From assembly GCA_023382055.1 (NCBI GenBank), contig JAMCQN010000141.1, positions 13,613 through 77,612 on the forward strand: 64,000 bases of DNA, given 5' to 3'. The number at the start of each line of letters is the position of its first letter. Position 1 is the stretch's first letter. The position numbers were made by a program, and so were the translations under genes. This document shows, piece after piece, positions 43,650 through 52,836 of this stretch. This DNA is from Chloroflexota bacterium. Lineage in GTDB: Bacteria; Chloroflexota; Anaerolineae; J036; Brachytrichaceae. A model generated the notes under the pieces. That model saw nothing but the letters and a program-made list of their open reading frames with translations, was not told the origin of the DNA and did no database searches.

Positions 43650-46394
43650 ATGGCAAAAAGAACCGTTCATTTTGTGTTAAGCACGCACTGGGATCGCGAG
43701 TGGCGGGAGTCATTCCAGGAACTGCGCTATGACCTCGTCCGGTTGATAGACCGCGTTGTAGCCGGGCTGCAGGATGGCCGGTTACAAGGACCATTCCAGA
43801 CGGATGGCCAATCCATCATTGTGGAAGATTATCTTGAGGTCCGTCCGGAGCGCCGTACGGTGATCGAACGATTGGCGTCAAGGGGTAAACTCGTCGTTGG
43901 CCCCTGGTACACCATGCCGGATGAGTTCACGGTATCAGGCGAATCGTTGATCCGCAACCTGCGCCTGGGCCGCGACATTGCCCGGTCGCTTGGGGGCCGG
44001 CCCTCATTGGCCGGCTATGTGCCCGATATGTTCGGCCACACCAGCCAGTTGCCACAGATTCTTGCGGGATTTGGCATTCACGGCGCCTATCTCTGGCGCG
44101 GCGTCAATAACGTCGAAACCCGCAACCTGATCTGGCGCGGCGCCGATGGCACGGAACTGATATGCCACAGGTTCGGCCGAATCGGTTATGGGACATACGC
44201 CTTTCTGGTGCGGCACGGGCATGATTTTGGTGAGACTGAGTACGACAGCACGGAGTTTGCACGGCGGCTGGATCAGTATCTGGCGGATGAAGCCCGCGCA
44301 ACTGCGGTGGATCCGATATTGGTGTTGGACAGTTGCGACCATCAGGAATGGGATGAGCCGGCTTATGCTTTATTGCAGGAGTACTTTACTCGGGCCGACT
44401 GCCCCTATGACTTTATGCATACCAGCCTGGATGCCTATCTGGATGAGTTGGTCCGGCAGAAAGACCGTATCACGACTGTGTTGACAGGCGAGTTGCGTGA
44501 GCCGGGCCGCGCAACGGTACAGCCGGGTCAGTCTGCGCTCGACGCCGATCAACAGTGGGTCATCCCAGGGGTGCTCTCAAGCAGGGTGTGGATGAAACAG
44601 GCGAATCGCGCCAGTGAAACCGCCTTGTGCCAGTGGGCGGAACCATTTTCAACATTTGCGTGCGCCGCCATAGGCGCTGAGTATCCGCAGGGCTTTCTGG
44701 ATATCGCCTGGCGGCACCTGCTTAAAAATCACGCGCATGACTCGATCGATGGCTGCAGCATCGACCAGGTCCACCGCGATATGGGTTACCACTTCGACCA
44801 GTCGCTGCTGATCGGCAACCGCCTTGCCAAAGAAGCGACACACCAGTTGGCTGCGCGCGTGCAGGGAGCCATAGACCGGAACGAGTTGCGCGTTGTCGTG
44901 TTCAATCCGGCTGCGCGGCCATTCGACGGCGTCGCCGAACTGACACTGCAGATTCCGACGGAATGGCCTTGCTTCAATGAGTTCTTCGGATTCGAACCAA
45001 AGCCGGCATTCCGCATCTATGCGCCCGATGGCGTCGAAATCCCCTATCAGCGTCTCGGCCAGGCGATGGATCGCATCAAGACGCGCATACGTCCCACCAA
45101 GTTCCCGGATGCTTATCGCACCAATGATATCAAGGTGGCGCTCAACATGACGATACCTGCGGTTGGGTATACCACGCTCATTGTGCGCGCAGCTACGGCC
45201 GGACAACCGACCCGCTACGTGGATGTGCCTGGCCTGGCTAAAGACGCTTTCACACTGGAAAATGAGCATATGTGGGTTCGCGTCGCGCCGGATGGCACGC
45301 TGGCGCTGGTGGATCGACATACCGACCAGATGTACCTGAACCTGCTTCATTACGAGGACAGCGCGGATATCGGGGATGGCTGGTATCACGGCGTGGGGGT
45401 CAACGATCAAGTATTCAGTTCAACCGGATCGCGCTGCGATGTGGCGGTGGTGCACAATGGCCCACTGTGCGCGACATTGCGCATACGCACGGTGATGCAT
45501 GTGCCGGCGCAGTTTGATTTCTCGCGAATGGCCCGTTCGGCGTCATTCAGCGAACTTGTCATCGACAGCCTGATCACATTGCGCGCCGGACAACCCTACC
45601 TGGATGTTGAGACCACGGTCGACAATCAGATCGACGATCACCGGTTGCGTGTGCTGCTGCCGACCGGCGTGCACGCGGAAAGTTACCTTGCCGACAGCGC
45701 GTTCGACGTGGTTGAACGCCCCATCGCTTTGCGCGCCGATAACCATCTGTATCGCGAACTGGAAGTGGAGACTAAGCCGCAGCAGAGCTGGACAGCGGTG
45801 TTCGACCGCGACAAAGGGCTGGCGATCATTACACAAGGCCTGCTGGAAAGCGCAGTTCGCGATCTACCCGATCGTTCGCTGGCCTTGACGTTGTTTAGGA
45901 GCACGCGCAGGACCGCGCTCACCGACGGTGAACCGGATGGCCTGATGCACAGCAAGCTGACATTCTCATATCGCATCATGCCATTGAGCGGTGAGCCTGA
46001 CCGGACGCGCCTGTGCGAACTTGGCATGCAACTGTCCGCCGGGCTGCGCGATGCCCAACTGCGCAGCCAGGATATCTCCAACTACAGTCACCGCCCCTCC
46101 ACTCATCCGGAAGCAATACTCGCGCCATCCGGAAGTTTGCTCAAACTGGACGGTGACGCCGTGATGACAAGTCTGCGCAGCCTTGATAATGCTGTTGAAG
46201 TGCGCTTGTTTAACCCGCGAGATACGCCGATACACGGCGCCCTGGCGCTCGATGCGTCCATTCGCCCCGGATGGACGACGGCTCAGCAGGTGGATTTTGA
46301 AAGTAATCCCACCGAGGCAGCGCAGATGATCAATAATGGAACGGTGTCATACAACCTGTCTGCTAAGCAAATCATCACATTGCGGCTGACATAG
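43650..46394 (+). CDS. glycoside hydrolase family 38 alpha-mannosidase (cytoplasmic, MngB-like)
   Basis: The N-terminus VLSTHWDREW, PDMFGH block, HDSIDGCS block and ~900 aa length fit GH38. There is no signal peptide. Confidence 0.85.
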   Translation: MAKRTVHFVLSTHWDREWRESFQELRYDLVRLIDRVVAGLQDGRLQGPFQTDGQSIIVEDYLEVRPERRTVIERLASRGKLVVGPWYTMPDEFTVSGESLIRNLRLGRDIARSLGGRPSLAGYVPDMFGHTSQLPQILAGFGIHGAYLWRGVNNVETRNLIWRGADGTELICHRFGRIGYGTYAFLVRHGHDFGETEYDSTEFARRLDQYLADEARATAVDPILVLDSCDHQEWDEPAYALLQEYFTRADCPYDFMHTSLDAYLDELVRQKDRITTVLTGELREPGRATVQPGQSALDADQQWVIPGVLSSRVWMKQANRASETALCQWAEPFSTFACAAIGAEYPQGFLDIAWRHLLKNHAHDSIDGCSIDQVHRDMGYHFDQSLLIGNRLAKEATHQLAARVQGAIDRNELRVVVFNPAARPFDGVAELTLQIPTEWPCFNEFFGFEPKPAFRIYAPDGVEIPYQRLGQAMDRIKTRIRPTKFPDAYRTNDIKVALNMTIPAVGYTTLIVRAATAGQPTRYVDVPGLAKDAFTLENEHMWVRVAPDGTLALVDRHTDQMYLNLLHYEDSADIGDGWYHGVGVNDQVFSSTGSRCDVAVVHNGPLCATLRIRTVMHVPAQFDFSRMARSASFSELVIDSLITLRAGQPYLDVETTVDNQIDDHRLRVLLPTGVHAESYLADSAFDVVERPIALRADNHLYRELEVETKPQQSWTAVFDRDKGLAIITQGLLESAVRDLPDRSLALTLFRSTRRTALTDGEPDGLMHSKLTFSYRIMPLSGEPDRTRLCELGMQLSAGLRDAQLRSQDISNYSHRPSTHPEAILAPSGSLLKLDGDAVMTSLRSLDNAVEVRLFNPRDTPIHGALALDASIRPGWTTAQQVDFESNPTEAAQMINNGTVSYNLSAKQIITLRLT

Positions 46395-46817
46395 GAACAA
46401 CGACGGATGCTGACCATCCGGAGAAGCCGCCCGTACTGACTGAGGCATCGCAGAGATACAAACCAGCGGAAGAGCAAATCAGTACCGCAGAACTATCCAC
46501 GGTAATCAATACACAGGCGGGCCGCGAGGATCGTTTGTCGAGTGAAGTCGATGTCTCGGCTCTGGCGGCGTTGCGCTAGCGCTTGGCAAGGCGCAAGATA
46601 ACGGTATCCCACGACAGCATTGTGCCACAGGCTGCTTGACGAATCAGGCAGACGAGATCAGGCGATGCCTTCATGTGGGTCACGCTGAGTTATCGACCGG
46701 AGCAGCTCGCTGATCTTGCGGCGATGCGCTTGATGCAGTCGTTTGTGCGACTGGTTGAAGGCCCCGACTTGCTGATCTGAGTACGCCAAGGTATTCACCC
46801 TTTTTACTTCCCTTGTG

Positions 46818-47903
46818 TTATGCGTTATATCGACCCAGTTCGAGGCCGCGTTCTATGAAGTACTGGTATGTATCGTAGTTGACCGTATTCGGTATCGAGT
46901 GATCGCTGTGCAGAACGTAGCCATTATTCCCTTTGACGATAGGGATTATTGACTCCAGTTCAGCGTCGATGATCGACCGGTCGTTGGTATAGAGTGTTCG
47001 TACGTCGATCCCGCCCATGAACGACAGCCTGTCGCCATACTGTTTATAGAGCTTCAGCAGATCCATGCCCGCTTTCACCTCAATGACTTGCAGGCAATCG
47101 ATACCGGCTTCCAGAAGTCCCGGTATGAGCGGCTCGACATATCCGCACGAGTGCAGGATGACAGGCAGGTCATGGCTTTTGGCGAAACCGATATCGAGTT
47201 TATGAGCCGGCAGCATGATCTCCCGATACATGCGCGGCGACATGAACGGGCGGTGCTTGAATCCCATATCCTCGTAATACCAGATACCGTCGGGCCAACC
47301 TTCCTCGGCAAACAGGATTTCCTGCAACTCAACGGTCAGTCGGGCGTACGTATTCGCCATATCGCGCACCCAGTCGGGGTCCTCCGCCATGCCGATGAGC
47401 ATGAACTCGTGGCCGCAGACGTCTTTCATGATCTCGAAAACGTTTACGCCGGACCACGCGAAGAAACGATTCGCATTACGCGAGCTTTCCTTCGCATCGC
47501 GATAAGCCTGGAAGTTGATGCGGCGGCGGTCCGGCGTCAGCTTTGGTTTGATGTGGCGTTCCCAACCAGCCCGATCGCGCACCAGGAAATCCACATGCTC
47601 CGGTGTTGAGTCATGCAGCTTATGCGTGCGAAAGAGCGCTCCATTGCCATTGCGGGCCAGACGCGTCTCGCTTGTTTCCTCGATGACTTCGTCTACGTAG
47701 TCCAGATCGGCAATCATGTTGAATGGCCAGCACAGATCGAGGTCGAAACCGAAGTGATCCGCGAAGTTCTCATCCGGTTTTATATTCCCGCGCTGTGTCC
47801 ATGCAGACTGGGTATCCGACCAGAAGTGCTCAAACAACCCGATACGATCAATCGGCTGGCGTTTTAATATCCGTGAGATGCGTTCTTTTCCTGTGAGTTC
47901 CAT
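46818..47903 (-). CDS. URO-D superfamily protein, MT2/MtaA-like branch (paralog 3)
   Basis: MELTGKERISRILKRQPIDRI N-terminus and LHSCGY (HxCG) block are present. It has the C-terminal layout of the family. Confidence 0.7.
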   Translation of the reverse strand: MELTGKERISRILKRQPIDRIGLFEHFWSDTQSAWTQRGNIKPDENFADHFGFDLDLCWPFNMIADLDYVDEVIEETSETRLARNGNGALFRTHKLHDSTPEHVDFLVRDRAGWERHIKPKLTPDRRRINFQAYRDAKESSRNANRFFAWSGVNVFEIMKDVCGHEFMLIGMAEDPDWVRDMANTYARLTVELQEILFAEEGWPDGIWYYEDMGFKHRPFMSPRMYREIMLPAHKLDIGFAKSHDLPVILHSCGYVEPLIPGLLEAGIDCLQVIEVKAGMDLLKLYKQYGDRLSFMGGIDVRTLYTNDRSIIDAELESIIPIVKGNNGYVLHSDHSIPNTVNYDTYQYFIERGLELGRYNA

Positions 47904-47966
47904 GGTGATATGTACTTGATGTATGCCTGCTTATATAGCGGATGTCTTTAGTGCCTGCGGTGATGT

Positions 47967-48761
47967 CTACCAACTGTCGACGGGTTGCTGCAAGCCCTCC
48001 GTGATCCAGAGAAACTGGCCGTTGATTGTTGCCGCGTCGTCGCTGATGATCCGCAAAACGAGGTCCGCTGCCTTCTCGGGCGGATCGCCGCCGGTTTCAT
48101 CTACCCAGCGTGCCCACGATCGGTAGCCCTCGCCCTTCGGACCGGTTCCGGCTATCTCATCCCGGATGTGAGCCCACATATCTGTCTTGACTTCGCCTGG
48201 ATGAATGACATTAGCCGTTACACCAGTTCCCTTCAACTCGGAAGCCAGGTGTCGGGTGAACTGATTGAGTGCGGCTTTACTGGCGCCGTATGCGCTGTTA
48301 AGCGGGCCGGGGGTGTGCAACGCTGCCGCTGATGAGACATTGATAATGCGACCCCAGCCTGACTCAATCATTGCGCCAGCGAATGCACGGCATGTAAGGT
48401 AAGGCGCAATCGTGTTGACGGTCAGTGTTTCAATCCAGCGTAGCGGATCGCTTTCATGGATCAACTGAAGCGGTCCAAACACACCCGCAGCGTTGACAAG
48501 AATCTGGGCTATGCCCAATGCATCTCGAACACGCGACTGCAAGATATGTATGACGTGACTATCGGCAATATCGCAGGGGATCGCGATAGCGCTTGCGCCT
48601 GTGTCGCGTATGCGCCGCTCGATCTCAGACAGTTGTAAAGCATTGCGCGCCACTAACGCGACTTTGACGCCGTGTGAGGCCAGGGATAATGCGATGGCTG
48701 CGCCGATTCCGCGGCTGGCGCCGGTCACGACCGCGACCTTATCCACTATATGCTGATTCAT
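47967..48761 (-). CDS. short-chain dehydrogenase/reductase (SDR)
   Basis: VAVVTGASRGIG (TGxxxGxG), NAAG and YGASKAAL (YxxxK) motifs are present. Start is uncertain: ATG at 48761 or 48770, or a GTG at 48794 that overlaps the upstream stop. Confidence 0.85.
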   Translation of the reverse strand: MNQHIVDKVAVVTGASRGIGAAIALSLASHGVKVALVARNALQLSEIERRIRDTGASAIAIPCDIADSHVIHILQSRVRDALGIAQILVNAAGVFGPLQLIHESDPLRWIETLTVNTIAPYLTCRAFAGAMIESGWGRIINVSSAAALHTPGPLNSAYGASKAALNQFTRHLASELKGTGVTANVIHPGEVKTDMWAHIRDEIAGTGPKGEGYRSWARWVDETGGDPPEKAADLVLRIISDDAATINGQFLWITEGLQQPVDSW

Positions 48762-48790
48762 CGTTAACATCGCGTAAATTGCATCATTAA

Positions 48791-49867
48791 TCACTTACCG
48801 ATGACGACGTTTGTCCCAGTCTGAACCGAACGCATGGCGCCCTCGATGATTTTCATCGCGTATAGCCCCAGCGTCGCAGGAGAACCATTTGGCGCTTTGC
48901 CCAGGATTGCATCAATCAAATTGAGTGCTGGCGCGAAACGAGGGGACCTCTCTTCGGGGGCCGGTTCCGGAAATGTTGTGGCATTGCCATCGATATCGTG
49001 AAACTCGAGTTGGCCCCTGATCAGGTCCATGGTCGCAGCGCCTTTGGCGCCGGATGCGCGGATCTCCCAGCGAGCATCACGCGGCATGGGCAATCCATGA
49101 CTGGTGAGCGACACAAGCGCGCCGTTGGCCAGCTTTGCATTGATGACGTCAAACACGTCCACGGCGGCGCCGTTGTTGTCGAAGCGCGCGAACACCTCAA
49201 CCGGGTCGGATTGCGTGATAAAGCCCAGCATGGCGGCTGCATGCGACACCTGTGTATAAATCTGTCCGCCGCCGGCGACTTCAGGATCGCTGTACGAGCC
49301 GACGCCCGGCATTCGATACGGCAGGCGCTCCGGGTGCTTCTCGGCGTCGATGCGGAAAGCCTTGTCCAGCGGCTGGCCTTCGTATAAACCGGCGACGTTG
49401 TTAGTAAACAGCAGGCTGATAACTTTGAGCTGGCCTAATGCGCCGGTCTCGATCAGACGGCGCGCTTCGATAGCGCATGCGTTGTAGTGCCACGGGCAAC
49501 TGATGATGAAGTGCAGTTTGTTCCGCGCGGCCAGATCGACCAGTTCCTGCGCCTGCGCAACAGTGATCGTCATCGGTTTTTCGATGACGAGATGTTTGCC
49601 GTGTTCCAGAGCCGCTCTGGCTTGCTCATAGTGGACGTTCGGCGTGGTGCTGATGATCACTGCATCCAGGCCGTCGATGGCGAGAATCTCATCCATGGTA
49701 GTGCACGCCAGCGGCACGTTGAAATCATCCGCGATCTTGCGCGCTTTTTCAATCGTCCGCGCCTGCACCGCCACCAGTTCGGCCTGCGGATGTTTCTTCA
49801 ACGCTGGTATGTGCGCATTGGCGCCCCACCAACCCGCTCCAACAACGGCGACTTTGACAGTTCTCAT
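48791..49867 (-). CDS. Gfo/Idh/MocA family oxidoreductase
   Basis: VAVVGAGWWG Rossmann motif and the IEKPM (EKP) motif are present. Confidence 0.85.
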   Translation of the reverse strand: MRTVKVAVVGAGWWGANAHIPALKKHPQAELVAVQARTIEKARKIADDFNVPLACTTMDEILAIDGLDAVIISTTPNVHYEQARAALEHGKHLVIEKPMTITVAQAQELVDLAARNKLHFIISCPWHYNACAIEARRLIETGALGQLKVISLLFTNNVAGLYEGQPLDKAFRIDAEKHPERLPYRMPGVGSYSDPEVAGGGQIYTQVSHAAAMLGFITQSDPVEVFARFDNNGAAVDVFDVINAKLANGALVSLTSHGLPMPRDARWEIRASGAKGAATMDLIRGQLEFHDIDGNATTFPEPAPEERSPRFAPALNLIDAILGKAPNGSPATLGLYAMKIIEGAMRSVQTGTNVVIGK

Positions 49868-49992
49868 TCCAGCCTCCAGATCGGTATAGTTTTAATCTGT
49901 GCCGTATTGTACGAGTCAATCGCAAAACGCAAAGTATGACTTCTGGTAAAGTGTGAACACAACTAATCGGCAGGTAATGGAGCAACATACAT

Positions 49993-52638
49993 ATGACACA
50001 AACTGCGCACGTTGTTTCACATACGCACTGGGACCGCGAGTGGTACAGGCCTTATCAGGTCTTTCGCGCACGGCTGATCGAGGCCATCGACGCCGTTCTT
50101 GACCTGCTGGAACGCAGACCGGACTATCGCTTTTTCCATCTGGATGGCCAGACGATTGTGCTGGATGACTATCTGGAAATCAGGCCGGAGAAGGAACCGC
50201 TTCTGCGCAAGTTTATCCAGGAGGGTCGTCTCCTGGTCGGCCCATGGTATACCCAGCCCGATGAGTTCCTGGTCAGCGGAGAGGCGATGGTGCGGAATCT
50301 GCTCATGGGCGGCAGGGCGGCTGAAGCCATGGGCGGGTGCATGGCGCTGGGATACCAGCCCGACTCGTTCGGTCACGCCAGTCAGATGCCGCAGATTTAT
50401 GCGGGTTTTGGTTTCCCTGCGGCCGTGTTGTTTCGCGGCATTACCGCAGACCAGGTTCGCAGTGTTTTCAAATGGGTAGGCGCCGATGGAACCGCCCTGC
50501 CCACCATCAAAATGCCGGATGATGATGCGTACAGCAATTACCTGTATCGGCTGCGCGAAACGCTAGCGGATTCCAAACCGCTCAACACAGATCGTCTGGA
50601 CGGCGAGTTGGCGCGCCTGCGCGATGAAACCGAATCAATGGCGGTCTGCGACCACCTGCTGTGGATGGATGGTGTTGACCACATATTCCCTAACCCGAAA
50701 ACGCCTGACATCATCAGGTACGCGAACCAAACTCTGGCAGGTATGAATGTGATTCACTCGACGCTGCCCGAATATGTAAGGCAAGTGCTGCTTGCCGCGC
50801 CAGAGCTTACAGAACAGGCCGGTGAACTGCGCCACGCTAATCGGCAGTGGCGGTTGCAGGCCGTGCTGGCGAACGTGGCTTCATCGCACATCGGGATCAA
50901 ACAGGCCAACTTCAGTGCACAGGTTGCGCTGGAACGTATCGTCGAACCGCTTTGCAGTATGGCATGGCTGCGCGGAGCGGAATATCCCTATCGCCATCTC
51001 CAGGTCGCCTGGAAACTGCTGCTGCAAAATCATGCGCACGACAGCATCTGCGGTTGTTCCGTGGATCGCGTGCACCGCGACATGCACTACCGATTTGCGC
51101 AGATATTCGACATTGCGGATGTCATCAAAACACGCGCACTCAAGGCGCTGGCCGATCAGGTGGATACCGCCGCTGCCCAGCCCAATCAACAAGTGCTGCT
51201 CGTGTTCAATCCGCTGCCCTGGCAACGCCGCGAGACGATCGTCGTGGATGCGCCGATGCCTGCTGGCACGCGGGGCGATCTGTTGACGACCACGATTGCC
51301 GGCGAGGGGGTGGCGAGCCAGGCGCTTGGCATCCATGAAAGCGGACGCCTGCAGCAGCCTCGCTATGACATTCCGAGTATGGATAACCGTCGCAACTACC
51401 GGCTTGCGCTCAATGCGCAGATGCCTGCTTATGGCTTTGCGGCATTCTGCGTCTCACCATCGGATACCCCGCAGCGCCCACAAGGCACGCTCTTTACGGG
51501 GATGCGCACGATGGAAAACCGCCTGCTTAGCGTCACCGTGGAAGACGACGGCGCCATCACGCTGACGGCGAAGCAATCGGGCAAGGTCTATCGCGGACTG
51601 CTGGCCTTCGAGGATTGCGGCGATGGCGGCGAGGGGTGGAACTGGATACCGCCTCGCTTCGACCGGGTTTATACATCCCGCGGCGCATCGGTCGAAGTTT
51701 CGCGCGAGCACGATGGCCCGCTGCTGGCATCCCTGCGATTGCGCATGAAGTTCCGTGTGCCGGCTGGCTTTGTGGGCGTACCTTACGAACATGACCCGGC
51801 GCGCATGCAGCGCAGCAACGAACTGGTTGACATGCCAATCGATGCTTTATTGACTCTGGGCGCGGAATCCAGGCGGCTGGATATAGCGCTCACGGTCGAT
51901 AATCCGGCGCGCAACCATCGTCTGCGCGTGTTGTTCCCGACGAATATCGCCACAGACCATTGTTTCGCCGACGGCGCGTTCGATGTTATCCGGCGCTCTA
52001 TCGCGCAGCCGGACAGCCACGACTGGCGCGAGCCGCAACTCGGCACATACCCGCACAGCTCGTTTGTATGCGTCGAGGATGCCGATTGCGGCCTGGCCAT
52101 CCTGACTGCCGGAACACCTGAGTACGAAGTCGTTGATGACGCCAGTCGCACCGTGGCGATTACCCTGTTGCGTGCCTTCGGCCGTGGCGCCGGCGAACCG
52201 CATGAATACGTCGATAGCCAGGAACCTGGTCTGCACACTTACCGTCTTGCCGTGCTGCCTTATGCCGGCCGCTGGGAGGACGACGATGTTATGCGGGAGT
52301 CGCGTGCATTTGCCGTGCCGCTGCTGCCGGTGCTCACCACGCGTCATGCCGGCATAATCCCGGTAGATCATTCCCTGTTGCAGATCGAGGGCGACGGCAT
52401 CGACGTTACGGCCATCAAGCGCTGTGAAGAGCGCAATAGCATGCTGGTGCGGATGGTCAATCTATCCAGCGATTCGCAACCGATCACCTTGAATGCCGGC
52501 GTGCCCTGCGTTCATGCTTATGAGCTGGATCTCGCCGAGAAGCGCCATCAGCCACTGCAACTCGATGCCGATGGGTCGTTGCGCGTCATGTTACGCCCGC
52601 GTCAGATCGTCACGCTGGAGTTAGTTCCTGGAACGTGA
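49993..52638 (+). CDS. glycoside hydrolase family 38 alpha-mannosidase (second cytoplasmic paralog)
   Basis: VVSHTHWDREW, PDSFGH and HDSICGCS blocks are present. It is collinear with the 43650-46394 product and has no signal peptide. Confidence 0.85.
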   Translation: MTQTAHVVSHTHWDREWYRPYQVFRARLIEAIDAVLDLLERRPDYRFFHLDGQTIVLDDYLEIRPEKEPLLRKFIQEGRLLVGPWYTQPDEFLVSGEAMVRNLLMGGRAAEAMGGCMALGYQPDSFGHASQMPQIYAGFGFPAAVLFRGITADQVRSVFKWVGADGTALPTIKMPDDDAYSNYLYRLRETLADSKPLNTDRLDGELARLRDETESMAVCDHLLWMDGVDHIFPNPKTPDIIRYANQTLAGMNVIHSTLPEYVRQVLLAAPELTEQAGELRHANRQWRLQAVLANVASSHIGIKQANFSAQVALERIVEPLCSMAWLRGAEYPYRHLQVAWKLLLQNHAHDSICGCSVDRVHRDMHYRFAQIFDIADVIKTRALKALADQVDTAAAQPNQQVLLVFNPLPWQRRETIVVDAPMPAGTRGDLLTTTIAGEGVASQALGIHESGRLQQPRYDIPSMDNRRNYRLALNAQMPAYGFAAFCVSPSDTPQRPQGTLFTGMRTMENRLLSVTVEDDGAITLTAKQSGKVYRGLLAFEDCGDGGEGWNWIPPRFDRVYTSRGASVEVSREHDGPLLASLRLRMKFRVPAGFVGVPYEHDPARMQRSNELVDMPIDALLTLGAESRRLDIALTVDNPARNHRLRVLFPTNIATDHCFADGAFDVIRRSIAQPDSHDWREPQLGTYPHSSFVCVEDADCGLAILTAGTPEYEVVDDASRTVAITLLRAFGRGAGEPHEYVDSQEPGLHTYRLAVLPYAGRWEDDDVMRESRAFAVPLLPVLTTRHAGIIPVDHSLLQIEGDGIDVTAIKRCEERNSMLVRMVNLSSDSQPITLNAGVPCVHAYELDLAEKRHQPLQLDADGSLRVMLRPRQIVTLELVPGT

Positions 52639-52769
52639 TCGGACATATTGCGACAGCCGACTGTTCTCATGCGGTTGCATGGATGATGTCCGGTATTCGG
52701 CAATCGGCATACCGACCCTATCGGCTTCTGTATGCGAAATTGGTTTCTGGACCCCAGACTCGAACCCAG

Positions 52770-52798
52770 ACTCCCGGAATCTCCGAGATTCCGGGAGT
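52770..52798. repeat. 29-bp perfect palindrome (14-bp arms), possible bidirectional terminator or protein-binding site
   Basis: ACTCCCGGAATCTC-C-GAGATTCCGGGAGT lies between the convergent GH38 and ABC exporter genes. No U-tract is present on either side. Confidence 0.6.
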
Positions 52799-52836
52799 CT
52801 ATGCGCGAGAGTCTATGCGCGAGAGTCTATGCGCGA
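52795..52836. repeat. 3 x 14-bp perfect tandem repeat (GAGTCTATGCGCGA)
   Basis: The copies lie at 52795-52808, 52809-52822 and 52823-52836. The first copy overlaps the right arm of the palindrome. The third copy supplies the last codons and the TAG stop of the ABC exporter gene. Confidence 0.9.

Noticed and set aside
52741-52800. Possible minus-strand tRNA, suggested by GGGTTCGAGTCTGGGG, which resembles a T-arm GGTTCGA(A/G)TC.
   Set aside because: The flanking 5-mers are direct repeats (CTGGG...CTGGG), not complementary. The adjacent stem is 14 bp with a 1-nt centre rather than a 5-bp anticodon stem with a 7-nt loop. No acceptor stem or D-arm can be drawn.
52795-52836. CRISPR-like array.
   Set aside because: The 14-bp units are directly abutting with no spacers. 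There are only three copies, and no cas genes are in the window. It is a simple tandem repeat.
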